A stretch of DNA of 64,000 bases from Camelus dromedarius (taxonomy: Eukaryota), in assembly GCF_036321535.1 (NCBI RefSeq), contig NC_087462.1, positions 10,540,001-10,604,000 on the forward strand, read 5' to 3'. Numbering within the stretch: the first letter of the stretch is position 1; the number at the start of each line of letters is the position of its first letter. Positions 1-18,250 of the stretch are shown here, one piece after another. Both the position numbers and the translations under genes were made by a program. The notes under the pieces are model-generated. The model worked only from the letters and a program-made list of their open reading frames with translations, did not search any database and was not told the DNA's origin.

Positions 1-649
1 AGAAGCAGTTTCTGACCATGGCCCCAGATGTGTCCCAAAGTCAGGTCTGAAAGAAGGTGCATAGAAGTGTCTCCCCAACACGCCCCCCGCCTGCCCCGGG
101 GCCAGGTGGCAGAACTGAAACACTTCAAACTTCCCCAGATGGGTCGGCCCCTGAGAAGCTGGAAAGTCAACACTCAGGTGCGATGGCCAGAGCTCCCTTC
201 CAGATGCCCACCAGAGGCTCCCAGCCTAGGAGAAGCACCATGCCAGCAATCCCCCCATACTCACAGCTTATTCCCCCCCAAAACACTCCCACTCCCCAAA
301 GGTGTTCAGTGTCCAAAGGGTCCCCTGGGGAGTTGGGGACAAGCTGTCAGTCAGGTTCTGCCCAAACTCCTGTTCCCAAGAACCAAGAGTGAGCCCAACT
401 CCAGGGACCTCATTGGAAAGCGTCAAAGACGGCCACCAAGGGTAGACACAACCTCCCCAAGAAGACGGAACAGGAGCCCACAGATGCCCCGACAGCGGTG
501 ACCCACTGACCCACCCTGCCAGTGACCTAGACGGAAAAGCTGTTCCCCAGGAGTGCAGTCAGTCATCCCTACCAGTCACCCTGCCAAGGAGCCAGACAGA
601 GAAGCCACAAACTCCCCACCTCCAGTGCTAGGACGGCGCTGCTTCCACC

Positions 650-1720
650 CCCTCCCCTGGCCAGGTGAAAAGACCAGTTCCTTCTCAGGTGCCCCGTGGG
701 CCGGGAAAGGCCCCGGACGCCTCCAAGCACCGACACAGACGCACCCTGGACCAGGCGCGCGAGTTCGGCCCCTCTGCCGCCCTGGGCTGCCCGCTAGGGT
801 CGCCTCTTGGCGCCAAGGTTCCCGCCGGCCCAGAGACCCGCGAGCAGCACCTCGGAAGCCGGACCCCACGTCCCCAGGCCAGGACGCCGCGGCGAGGGGC
901 GCGCGAGGCCGACCTGCGCCCCGAGGTCCCCGACGTCCGCGCCGAGCCCCGCGCCGCTCACCTGGCTGGCGCGGTAGCTCTCGAAGGCCCTCAGGGCACT
1001 GTCGGTGAGCTTCACGTGGAACACGGACACCTTGCTGCCGTCGCTCACCCGCCCGCAAGACAGCCCGTAGCTCCGATCCTCCTTCAGCGCCGCCATCTTG
1101 CGACCATCGCTTCCCCGCCCCCGCCTTCCCGGCTCCAGGGCCGGAGCCGCGCCGGCCACGCCCCACCCTGCCGCCCGCTGACGCGCTGCATTATTCATAA
1201 GACGCAGCTGGCCACGCCCTCTCCGGATCCAGCGAGAACCACAATCGCCACCGCACAGCCCGCCGACGTGTTGCATTATTCATGAGACGTGGCTGGCCAC
1301 GCACCTTGCGGGCCTGATGAGGCCCCTAGTCACCTCCTGGATATCCTACATATTCATAAGGCGTGGATGGCCCCACCTCTCAAGACCCTAGAAGTGTCCA
1401 CTTCCGCGCCGGACTCCGCCCCGACACGCGCACCCCGTTCAGGCCCCGCCTCAATGTGTATTATTCATGACCCTGACTCAGCCAGGCGCGTCGAAGCCCC
1501 GCCCTACCAGCCGCTGACGTGATGTATTATTTATGAGGTCTCTCCAACTCTTCCGTCTTTGGCTTCTGTTGGGCGCCGCAGCGAGGGCGTGGAGGGGACG
1601 GGGCCAGAGCAAAACACGTGGGGGGGCGGAACCAGCGGCTGGCTGGGTGAGTGGGCGTGACGATGCAAATAGAGCGCGCGTTGGACGCTGGGTTGTGCCG
1701 GCGGGGCTTCCTTAAGGTGG
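650..1720 (-). promoter_or_regulatory. ELL CpG island/promoter with repeated ATTATTYAT motifs, CRE-like sites and an octamer
   Basis: CpG-dense. Five AT-rich motif copies at 1188-1537. TGACG directly followed by ATGCAAAT at 1658-1670. Confidence 0.8.
962..1096 (-). CDS. ELL: RNA polymerase II elongation factor ELL, first coding exon (gene continues beyond the window start)
   Basis: ATG at 1096 gives MAALKEDRSYGLSCGRVSDGSKVSVFHVKLTDSALRAFESYRASQ (45 codons), matching the mammalian ELL N-terminus. Phase-0 donor CAG|GTGAG at 962/961. Lies in a CpG island. Confidence 0.97.
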
Positions 1721-1857
1721 GCCCAGGGCTGTTGGGGGATTGTGGGGGCTGGCAAACTTTGCTCTTGATAAGAGTAGACTTTTAATAGAATAAAATCCTG
1801 TATCCCCACGGGCACTGAGATATGGTGGTTGCCCAGCTCTCCCATCTGAAAAATCAT

Positions 1858-2436
1858 TTCACATATTATAAAATTAACCTATTTAAAGTGTGCAATTCTG
1901 AGGCATTTAGTATAGTCACAATGCTATGCAGCCAGTACTACTATTTAGATCCTAAGCATTTTCATCACTCTTAAAGGAAACTCCGTATCCACTAAGCACC
2001 TCAACCCCCCTCCCCTCAGCCCCTAGCGACCACTAGCCTACTTTCTGTATTTATGGATTTGCTTTTCTGGACATTTCATATTAATGGAATCATACAATAT
2101 GCAACCTTTTGTGACTGGTTTCTTTCACTCAGCATGATCTTTTCAAGGTTAGTCCACATGGTAGCTTGTATCAATGCTTCATTCCTTTTGGCGACTGAAT
2201 AATATTCCATTGTGTGGATAAACCACATTTTGTTTATCCATTCATCCATCGATGAACTTTTGGTTGTTTCCACTTCTTCACTATTATGAAAAGTGCTTCT
2301 GTGAACATTCATGTACATGTCTTTGTGTGGACAGATGTTTTCCCTTCTTTTGAATCTATACCTGGGAGTGAAATTGCTAGGTCATATGGTCATTCTATGT
2401 TTAACCTTTTGAGGAACTGCCAAATTGCTTTTCACT
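1858..2436 (-). mobile_element. LINE-1 3' fragment (L1MB-like; ORF2 C-terminus and 3'UTR)
   Basis: ORF 2076-2318 contains MDEWINKMWFIHTMEYYSVAKRNE, the typical L1 ORF2 tail. Confidence 0.85.
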
Positions 2437-4134
2437 GCCATTTTATCAACCTCTTGTTTTACAGGTGGGGAAAATGAGGCTGAAGACCAGCTCTGGCTTG
2501 CCCAGACAAGCTCCTCCTGGGATCCTGGGTCTTCTGACCTACAGCAAGCTCTTGAGTTATTTTCTTTCTTGCTTCAATCTTATTGCATATGGTGGTCACA
2601 AGATGAAGATTTTGAGGCAAGAAAGGAAAGTGAAGTTCAGAGAACTTCTGTATATCTCTACTCAGGTATCTTGTTAGTTCTGCCCACCACTGCCAGGCCA
2701 GCACTACCATCTATTTACCCCCTGACCATGAATTGCTGACCCTAAAAGCAATGCTAAATTCCTTGCAACTTTTCCCCATACCTGTCATTAATATCTCCAT
2801 TTGAGAAACTGAGGCTCAAAGGGGTGAGGAAGCACGTGGAGGTATTCACCCTGCCAGTGAACGAGCTGCCTGCAACTTTGAATTTGGATCTTTCTGACGT
2901 AGAGCCCTCCTGATTACTCGTCACCCTTACTCTGGTACCTAGATTCTATATTTCCTCATTGAACACCACCAGCACAGGATTTAGCATTGAGTAGGTGCTC
3001 AGGAAATATGTGTTGAATTAGTAAATGATGTCATTTAATCCTCACAACACAGCTATCAGTACGTTTCATGGATGAGGAGAACAAGACTCAGAGAGTCTGC
3101 AAGTTCTCACATGCTGCTGCAGGGATTCCAACTCCTGCCTGAGCATAGAGCCAAAGCTCTGGGATCCTCCACCTTTCACCTGGGGATCAGTTGATCCTAC
3201 GGGGAAGATGCCAGCACTTGCTCAGAGACATTGACCCAACTACCCACTGTTGTGCCCAACTGTTTATCCAGGAGTTTGGGCCAGGTAAATATTGGAGCAG
3301 GCCAGGGCTACCTGCACCCAGAAGGGCCACAGGACAGGAATAGGGTAGCCAGGGAGCAGGTGGTCTAGAGTTAGAGGATGGGGAAGGAACAGCCAGCCAG
3401 ACTGCTGAATGGAGTAGAACATGGGCAGAGCCAGCTCTGAGTGCTGACCAGCCTGCTGTGTGACATTGGGAAAGGCATTTCCCCTCGCTGAGCCTAAGTA
3501 GATTCATCTAAGAAATTGACAACAGTAATAACAACAGTCACCCCACCTTGAATGCTTAAAACACACCAGGCTCCGTACTCAGTGTTTGGTACCCATGACT
3601 GACTTTTGGGGTGGATACAGTAGTTTGGACCCATCTGCCAGATGAGGAAACTGAGGGCTTAAAGAAGTTAAGGGAATTAAGAACACTGAAATCATGGGCT
3701 ACATTGCTTGGTAACAAGCATTTATCCCCTTTACACTTAATGCCCCAGTGGCTCCCAACAAGACCCCAGGAACAATAAAGGAGGAAATCATCAGGCATTG
3801 GCATGCCCTCCAAAAGTCTCTAAAAACTAGGTCACCCAAGAAACTGGAAGTCAGTTGATCATCTTGGGGTGGCCTCTCAACACTACTCCACCTAGCAAGC
3901 TCACTGCAGAAGTTCTAGCTCTATGACGGGAAGAGTGACCCTAGCTTGACCCTCATCCTGTGTAGCCTTGGATGTGTCTTGCCCTCTCTGTTCCTCACTT
4001 TGTTCATCCATTAAATAGGGATGATAACAGCATTTACTCTAGACCAAAGGCAAATGGCATCATTGTGCAAATCATTATTATTAACGGGTTTACAAGTTTA
4101 TCTACATAATCCCTTTCTATTAGACATTCATGTT

Positions 4135-4252
4135 GTTTGCTGTTTGTGGGGTTTTAACTTTTTAATTAATTTTTTAATGGAGGTACAGGGGATTGAACCC
4201 AGGACCTCGTGTATGCTAAGCATGTGCTCTACTATTGAGCTATTACCCTCCA
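4135..4252 (-). mobile_element. tRNA-derived SINE (camelid Vic-1-like)
   Basis: Reverse complement GGAGGGTAATAGCTCAATAGTAGAGCACATGCTTAGCATACACGAGGTCCTGGGTTCAATCCCCTGTACCTCC has A/B boxes and an A-rich tail. Confidence 0.85.
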
Positions 4253-4299
4253 CCCCACCCCCAAGTTTAAGGGTTTTTAAACCACACTGGGATGACCAG

Positions 4300-4800
4300 C
4301 CACTATTCATTAGTTGGCTATCGCTAATAGCGATTGTTAATATATGTTGGCTTAATACAAGGAACATTTATTATGGCACAGTTTCTGTCAGTCCTAAGTC
4401 TGGTATGTTCTAATGGTCCTCTGCTCAGGGTCTCATGAGGCTGTAATAAAAGTGTTGGCTGGGATGTGTCCTCATTCAGAGGATCAAGTGAAGGATCTGT
4501 CTCCAAGCTCCTTTAGGTTGTTGGCAGAATTCATTTCTTGGTGGTTGTAGGACTAAGGTCCCCACTTCCTTGCTGTCAGCTGGGGGCCACTCTCAGGCAC
4601 TGGTCATGTGGCCCCCTCCATCTCAGTAACAGAGACATCTCTCATGTTGAATCTTTTTCATAGTTTAAATCTGACTTTCTTTTCAATCAACCAACAGGGT
4701 CAGGCCCACCCAGATGATCCCCATATCTTAAGGTAAGCTGTGCCCAATAACAGCAATCACAGGAACGAGATCCACCCTATTCCCAGTCATGGTATGATGC
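4300..4800 (-). mobile_element. MaLR (MLT1-type) LTR remnant
   Basis: MLT1-like stretches (CATTTATTATGGCACAGTTTCTG; CCAAGCTCCTTTAGGTTGTTGGCAGAATTCATTTC). Confidence 0.65.
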
Positions 4801-5164
4801 AGGAGAAATCTCATAAACGCCTTAAAATTTCTGTAGCCCACGGCCCTCGGGGATGCATCTCTACACATCTGTCCCACAACTTCCTGAAAGTTGAGTTACT
4901 CGGTCAGGGCAAATGGGCCTTAGGGATTTTGAAGCATACAGTTTGGCAGCAGAGGGAACACGAGGATCTGTGAGAGCACTCAGTTTGGAACTGGTCCCTC
5001 TGCATGGCGGAGTGGCCAGCATGCAGCTCCAGGGTCCCATGCCTGTTCCACTGCTCCTTTAGCTGGGCACCTCAGAGCCAGAAAGTCCACCTTTTGGGGC
5101 CTCAGGCCTTACTTGTGCAATAGGAAGACTCACAGCCCTTCTCAAGCTTGGGGTAAAGACATCT

Positions 5165-5735
5165 GTTGTCAGGGAAGCCCCAGGACCACCCTTAGGTTTG
5201 ATAACTCGCTAGAAGGACTCACAGAACTCAGAAAAGCTGTTACATTTGTGGCTATGGTTGATCACAGTGAAAGGATATGGTCTAAGATCAGCAAAGGGAA
5301 AGAGTGAATAAGGCAGAAACCAGGAGAAACCAGGCACAAGTCTCAGGTTGTAGACAGCAACTGGTTTTCCCAGCAACAACTGTAACACACATGGAATATT
5401 GCCAACCGGGGAAGCTTACCTAAGGCCTTGCCCAGGGTTTTTATTGGGGAGGAGGGGTCAGTCATGCACATATGGCGGACCACCCACATGACTGAACTCA
5501 GTCTCCAGCCCATCCAGAGTTTGAACTGATATCATGTGGCCAAAAGCCCCTACTCTAAATCATATTGTTAGCGTGGAATATCTGATGTGACCCATGGCCT
5601 CAGGTAAATAGACACTTATCAGTCAGGACATTCCAAGAACCTACAGGTGACCTCTCAGGTGCTGGTCAAGGGCCAGTCCTTTAAATGTACAGGGTTTGGA
5701 CAACCCAGGCCTAATGAATTATTTCTTTACTGCTC
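5165..5735 (+). mobile_element. ERVL LTR (MER21/MER77-like)
   Basis: Starts TGTCAGGGAAGCCCCAGGACCACCC...GCTAGAAGGACTCACAGAACTCAG...ATCAGCAAAGGGAAA, resembling recalled MER21/MER77 consensus. Confidence 0.65.
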
Positions 5736-7202
5736 TATAGGTGGGGGGGGGGGGCTCCAAATGTCCTCAAGGCTCCAGCAGAAGTACCAGGGAAGGCTTT
5801 GACTGGTTGACTGTGGGTCACATGACCGTCTAGAAGCCAATCACTGTAGCCAAGGTGCTGGAATGCTGATTGGTCAGTCCTGGGTTGCAGGCGACTTCTG
5901 AAGGCTGGTGGGGAACCAGCCCCATTAGCATGGTAAAGGTGAGTTCCACCAGAAGGAGAAACAGAGGACAGGCATTCAGAGACACTGACGATCCCACACT
6001 GGGTGACTCCAGCCAGCACTCACCTCCAGGAAGTTGTCCTTTAAGGATGACATGAGGTGGAAGCATGCAAAGGTCATCCCGTTGAAGTGCTCAGGAGACA
6101 TAAGTGCTCACATGTAAAGCTCATTCTGCTGTGTTCACTTCCAATTCACGGCCCACTGCAAGTTGCACTCCTTGAGGGAAAGCCCAGGCTGAGTCATCGT
6201 CCAAGATGGTACACAGAAGGCACTGGTATGTGCTTTGATATGAAAGAAAAATCTGAACTAGTTGTCCTCTGAACAAAAGATGCACTGTCCAGCCAGCACA
6301 CTTTTATACATGTTACGCCTGTACCAGGAGCACCCTTTACTATCTGCTAAAGGCCTCCTGTGCCTTTAGGGAAACTTCAATGCCTCTTGTCCTGGATATC
6401 CTGGCTCCCCACCTCCACCCTGTTCAGACCATTGAGGATAGAATGTCCAAAAGAATGAACATACTGAAGTTCACGCTCCTGGCCTTGACATTCAAGGTCT
6501 TTCTCCTCATCTCCTGGCCTGAAGTTGCAGTGAGGTGCAGAACCAGCTGCCGGGTGGAGCATGGGCTCTGGAGGCAGGCTGACCTGGGCCAAATCCTGCC
6601 TATTGCTTCCAGGTAGTGGGACCCTGAGCAGAAGCTGTCTCCTCTCTGGGCCTCAGTTTGCTTAGCCAATAATGGGCACAACCAAAGCAACCTTGGAGAA
6701 TAGGGGCCAAGGTGGGAGGCACATCCAGCCTGACTCCAGCATTACTAAAAAGCTAGCCTTCAGGGCAGCATGGGACCTGCCAAGGGGACATAGAGACCCT
6801 TAGCATGGGGTCAAGCATAGTCAAGAAAAGACTCACACCTGTGGTCAGCTGCCTTTTGACAAAGTTGCCATAGAGACTAACTAGGGAAAGGAAAGTCTTC
6901 CCCACAGATGTTTCTGGAACAACTGAATGGCCATATGGAAAAAAATGAACCTCAACCCCAACCTCACACCACACACGAACATTAACTCAAAGTGGATCAT
7001 AGACCTCAAGGTAAAAGCTAAAGTCATAGGACATTTAAAAGAAAACCTAGAAAATCTCTACACACTGGGCTCAGCAAATATTGAAAAACAGCACATGGAA
7101 TGGAAGAAAAAAACTGACAAATTGGACTGCATCAAAAAATTGTACACAACATTGTAAAATGACTATAACTTAATAAAAAAAAGTTAAAAAAAATTGTAAA
7201 CT

Positions 7203-7335
7203 GGGGGGAAGGGTATAGGTCAAGTGGTAGAGTACATGCTTAGCATACACAAGGTCCCCAGTACCTCCTCCAAAAATAGGTAAACCTAATTACCTCCCCC
7301 AAATAAATAAACACATACATACATACATACATAAA
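7203..7335 (+). mobile_element. tRNA-derived SINE (Vic-1-like), B-box deleted, (TACA)n tail
   Basis: GGGAAGGGTATAGGTCAAGTGGTAGAGTACATGCTTAGCATACACAAGGTCC^CCAGTACC, followed by CCTAATTACCTCCCCC. Confidence 0.85.
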
Positions 7336-7382
7336 TGTAAATGTCTCTTTGAAAGACATTAAGAAAATGAAAAGTGAGTCAC

Positions 7383-7472
7383 ACCATCTTCACAGTGCCG
7401 TGGTGCACCGCGGGCAGCCGGGCCCCACAATGCAGGCCCTCTGGGGCTGCAGAATAATTAAAAAAAAAAAAA
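7383..7472 (+). mobile_element. Short retroposed insertion of unknown source RNA (77-nt body + poly(A)) with a 13-bp TSD
   Basis: Perfect TSD AAAAGTGAGTCAC at 7370-7382 and 7473-7485; A17 run at 7460-7476. Confidence 0.85.
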
Positions 7473-8717
7473 AAAAGTGAGTCACGGAGTGGAAAATATA
7501 TTCACAATGTAACTATCTGACAAAAGATTTATCCCCAGAAAATATGGAAAATGGGCACAGAATGAGGCTGCTGTGGGTACCCAGTGGACTAATGCCACTG
7601 CCAGCACACAATCAGCGCTGAGGAGTGACAGCAGCAGTGACTCACACCGGCACCGGGAATTTACCCTGCTGGTCACCACTCAGGTCAGCTTCCCAGCCTG
7701 AGACGATGAGACTGAGGAAAGGAGTCGTCCTGCCTGAAATGCAGTCCCTTCAAACCTGGCCAACCCACAGTCCCTGCCCCAGCACCTCCCATGGAGACCT
7801 CCTCCCATCTAAGGACAAAACAGAAACCCAAGGGGGCTGAACGGTGGAAAAGAGGAGCAGGCTCAAGCCACCTTTAGATCTGTGCCCTGAGAGTAATCCA
7901 GGTGGCCTGGAGCAGGCAGGGCAAAGATCCAGGTTCAAGGCCTGACCACCACCTTCTTCTGGGTGGTGGTAGTCAGTGGCTTCCCCTCCAGGACTGTAAG
8001 GGGATGGGGGCAGGTCAGACACTTGTGTGGTCTACTTCAGAGATCTCCTTTCCTGGAGGCAGGAGAAAGCAATGAGAAGGGCCTTGGTGCTGGTTGACAA
8101 AGGCCCAAACACTGGCTCTGTGTGTCCTGGCTGTGACGGTGGGCAGCATTTGGGGGAGAAGCTCCTACAGCCCCGGGCTATTGGGAAAAGGAGAGCAGAT
8201 GGAGCTTCTGGAATCAACTCCAAACCCTCCCCACAGCCTGAGGCCCTGCAGAGTCCAGCTCTGCTAACCACTCACCTTTATCAACTTTGAACACACCAGG
8301 ATCCATCCTGCTCCAGGGCCTGTGCACTGGCTATGCTGCTGCCCAGACATGGGGCTGTCTGCTTGCCCCTGTGGTCACTGCGGGCTCAGCACAGCCCCTA
8401 GTTAGGTCCCGTCAGGGTCCTCAATTTCAGATGAGGCAACAAGTCAGGAGAGGTGGGGTAAAGAGCACAGCTGGGTGTGAACTCCCGCAGAGTCTGACTG
8501 GGTACCCTGAGCTCATCACCCCACTTCTCCGGGTCTGTTTCCTCCTTGGTAATGAGGGTCTGCTGTGGCCCAAGAGGAGATACCCCTAGCCCTGCCTCAG
8601 CCACGTCCACTGTCCTGCGTGACCCTGGATGTGACACAGGCCATCTCCCATCTCTGGCTCAGCCCCAAGCGACGGTGGAAGAAGGCTCCGTAGCCGGCAG
8701 GGTGCGGGGTGGGAGGC

Positions 8718-8723
8718 TTTATT
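8718..8723 (-). terminator. FKBP8 polyadenylation signal AATAAA
   Basis: TTTATT on the plus strand, about 420 nt past the FKBP8 stop codon. Confidence 0.8.
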
Positions 8724-9139
8724 TCACTGTGTGGTGGGGGGACCTGGACAGAGGGCAGCAGGCGGGGCAGGAGGAGTTGGCGCTTGGACAGGGACTGGGT
8801 GGGAGAAGGGCTGCCCCCAGGCCTGTTGGGAAGGAGGAACTGAGGCTGGCCCCCAATGAGACCTAACCCAGGGGGTTGGGGGTAGGGGTGGGAATTGGGT
8901 CTGGAGGAATGAGGGGCCCCTCGCTCTGGGCTAGACATGGGGCTCGGGCCCTGCCTCACTTTCCCCCTATAGGACTTAGTTCCTCCTGCTCGCTGGGCCA
9001 TGTGACCCCAAAACCTCACTGCCCCCGCCCCAGAGGAGGGGGATAAGCCAGTTAGGGCAGTGGACAGGGAGCCTGGGGGAGTTAGGGAGCGCAGGGTGGG
9101 GTCCACGGTGAGTGGAGGGGATGGCGGCCACCTGGGCAG

Positions 9140-16345
<7,206 letters not shown>

Positions 16346-17329
16346 TCATTTGCTGTGAGACTCAGGGCCTCCAGGCCTCAGTTTCCTCATCTATACAGTG
16401 TCGAACAACAATCCTGGTTTGTCCAAAGGAAAAACAACCCACTCATCAAGCTCTGGGTATCACACTCAAACAGTGTTACTGATTACTAGAGTTAATTATT
16501 ATTTAATCTTTATAAACACTCTAGAAAGTAGGGAACATCCCCCTGCAGAAAAGGAAATTGAGGCCCAGAGGGGCAAAGTCATTTGCCCAAGGTCAAGAAG
16601 CAAGCCAACCACAGGGAGCAGGATATGAACCTAGAGTTTTATCTGGTTAAATACCCAGAGCAGGTGCTGGGATTTTTTTTCAGGGGGACAACCCCTGAGG
16701 TCTTGGGGAGGCTATTTTTAGAGCCCAAGGGATAAATAATTGAATCTTTACCATGTGTCCCCCACCTCCAGTTGTCCCTTCTCCTAAGGGGAGCCACCTA
16801 GAAACCCCAAGCCTTTCCTTCCATACACTGAACCTAATACCACCCCTCAATACCAGGGACCTTGACACAAACCATTCCCTGGGCCCTTTCTCCTCTCCTT
16901 AGACCTTCTTACCACCCTCTCAAAGTAGCCTTTGAAGTGGTCGAGACCCCCGCAGCTTCTTCCTTGGACCATTAAGAACTGTCCCCCACCCCTAGACCCC
17001 AAGCTCTGGAGGTCGTAGGGCCATCATTTCTAACCCACAGCATCCCCTCTCTAACTCTCACCTGCCCACTCCTTCCGGGCTCAGGTCCCATTTTCTGAGA
17101 CCCTCCCAGCCCCCACCCCCACAATCCCCTGCGCCCGCGTAAATCGCCCTCCCCCCACCACAACCACCGCCCCCAGCTAGGGCCAGCTACCCCCACAGCC
17201 GTTCCGTCGCCCTTAAACACCCCGATGTCCCCAGACGCCCCCCTCCTGATCCCATAACACTTTACACTCTCCAGACGCCCCCTGCCCCGGCCTAGCAGTC
17301 CATCAATCTCCCACCCAAGTCCCCAACGC

Positions 17330-18250
17330 CCCACGCCTGTTTGACGCCACCAGTCTGGGGCTCCCGACCCCCCGCACCCCTCGGGCGCCCCTGGCCCTAC
17401 AAGTCTCCGCTAGCAACCCCCCCCCCGCTGCCCTTGGCCCTCCGTGGCCCCCACCCCAGGCCGCCCCCACCCGCTCCGGCACTCCGACCCCCCGCGCCCC
17501 CCCAGCTCGCCTCCCCCGCGGCCCTTCACCCCGCCTGTCGGCCTCAGCCCCCGCCGCGCCGGCCCCCGGACCAGCCGAGGCCCGGGTAGCGCTCCAGGCC
17601 GGCGCGGCCCCGCCGGCGCCCCGGGACACGTGCCTCCAGCTCCGGGACCCCCGCTTGGGGTCCTGCGCCCCCCTCCCCGCCCCCAGCCGCGGCCGCCGCG
17701 CCTCGGGAACCAGGCTCTGTCGCCCAGCCCCGCCCTCACAGCGCCCATTGGCCGCGACCGCCGTGATTGCAGCATTCATTGGTCCGCGCGCACGTCCGTC
17801 TCAGGCGCAGGTACCGCCCCCTTCCTGCTTGTATCCGTGGGGCGTTCTTAAAGGGGCAGAGGCCGCCGCGCCACCCCCGGGCGGGGGAGGGGCAGGGGCC
17901 TCTAGAGCCGAGCCGGTTCGCGGGTCAGCGCCGCGCATCTTGGCCAGACTCATGCTCCTGTCTGAGCTTCATTCTGTTCATCTGCGAAATGGGAATAGAC
18001 ACCGCTATCCACACACTCTCACCTTGGGGGCTGTTGGGAGGACAGCACTAAATGGTATTTCATTAAGGAGCTCAGGCTGGACGGTCAGGGCAGCTCTGGG
18101 ACTACTGGATAACCCACCCTGAACCCCTAGTTACAGATGTAGACCCGAGGCCCCGAGGGGGAGCGATGTGCCCAAGGGCACACAGAATCTCCGCCCCCGC
18201 CCCTCCCCGCGTGGTCTGTCTAATCCCGGGAAGGTTGCCTACTGCATACA
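17330..18250 (-). promoter_or_regulatory. FKBP8 CpG island/promoter (non-coding exon 1 expected here; boundaries not resolved)
   Basis: CpG-dense. Two CCAAT boxes on the minus strand (ATTGG at 17747 and 17778, 31 bp apart, NF-Y-like spacing) and GC boxes. Confidence 0.75.

Larger units (their letters stand above)
6860..7545 (+). mobile_element. Old LINE-1 ORF2 fragment interrupted by three younger insertions
   Basis: WKKMNLNPNLTPHTNINSKWIIDLKVK resembles L1 ORF2. The L1-like sequence resumes after each insertion (AAGACATTAAGAAAATGAAAAG...TATCTGACAAAAGATT). Confidence 0.8.

Noticed and set aside
28-1857. Several 100-200 aa ORFs around ELL exon 1
   Set aside because: CpG-island artefacts with no recognisable protein apart from ELL residues 1-45.
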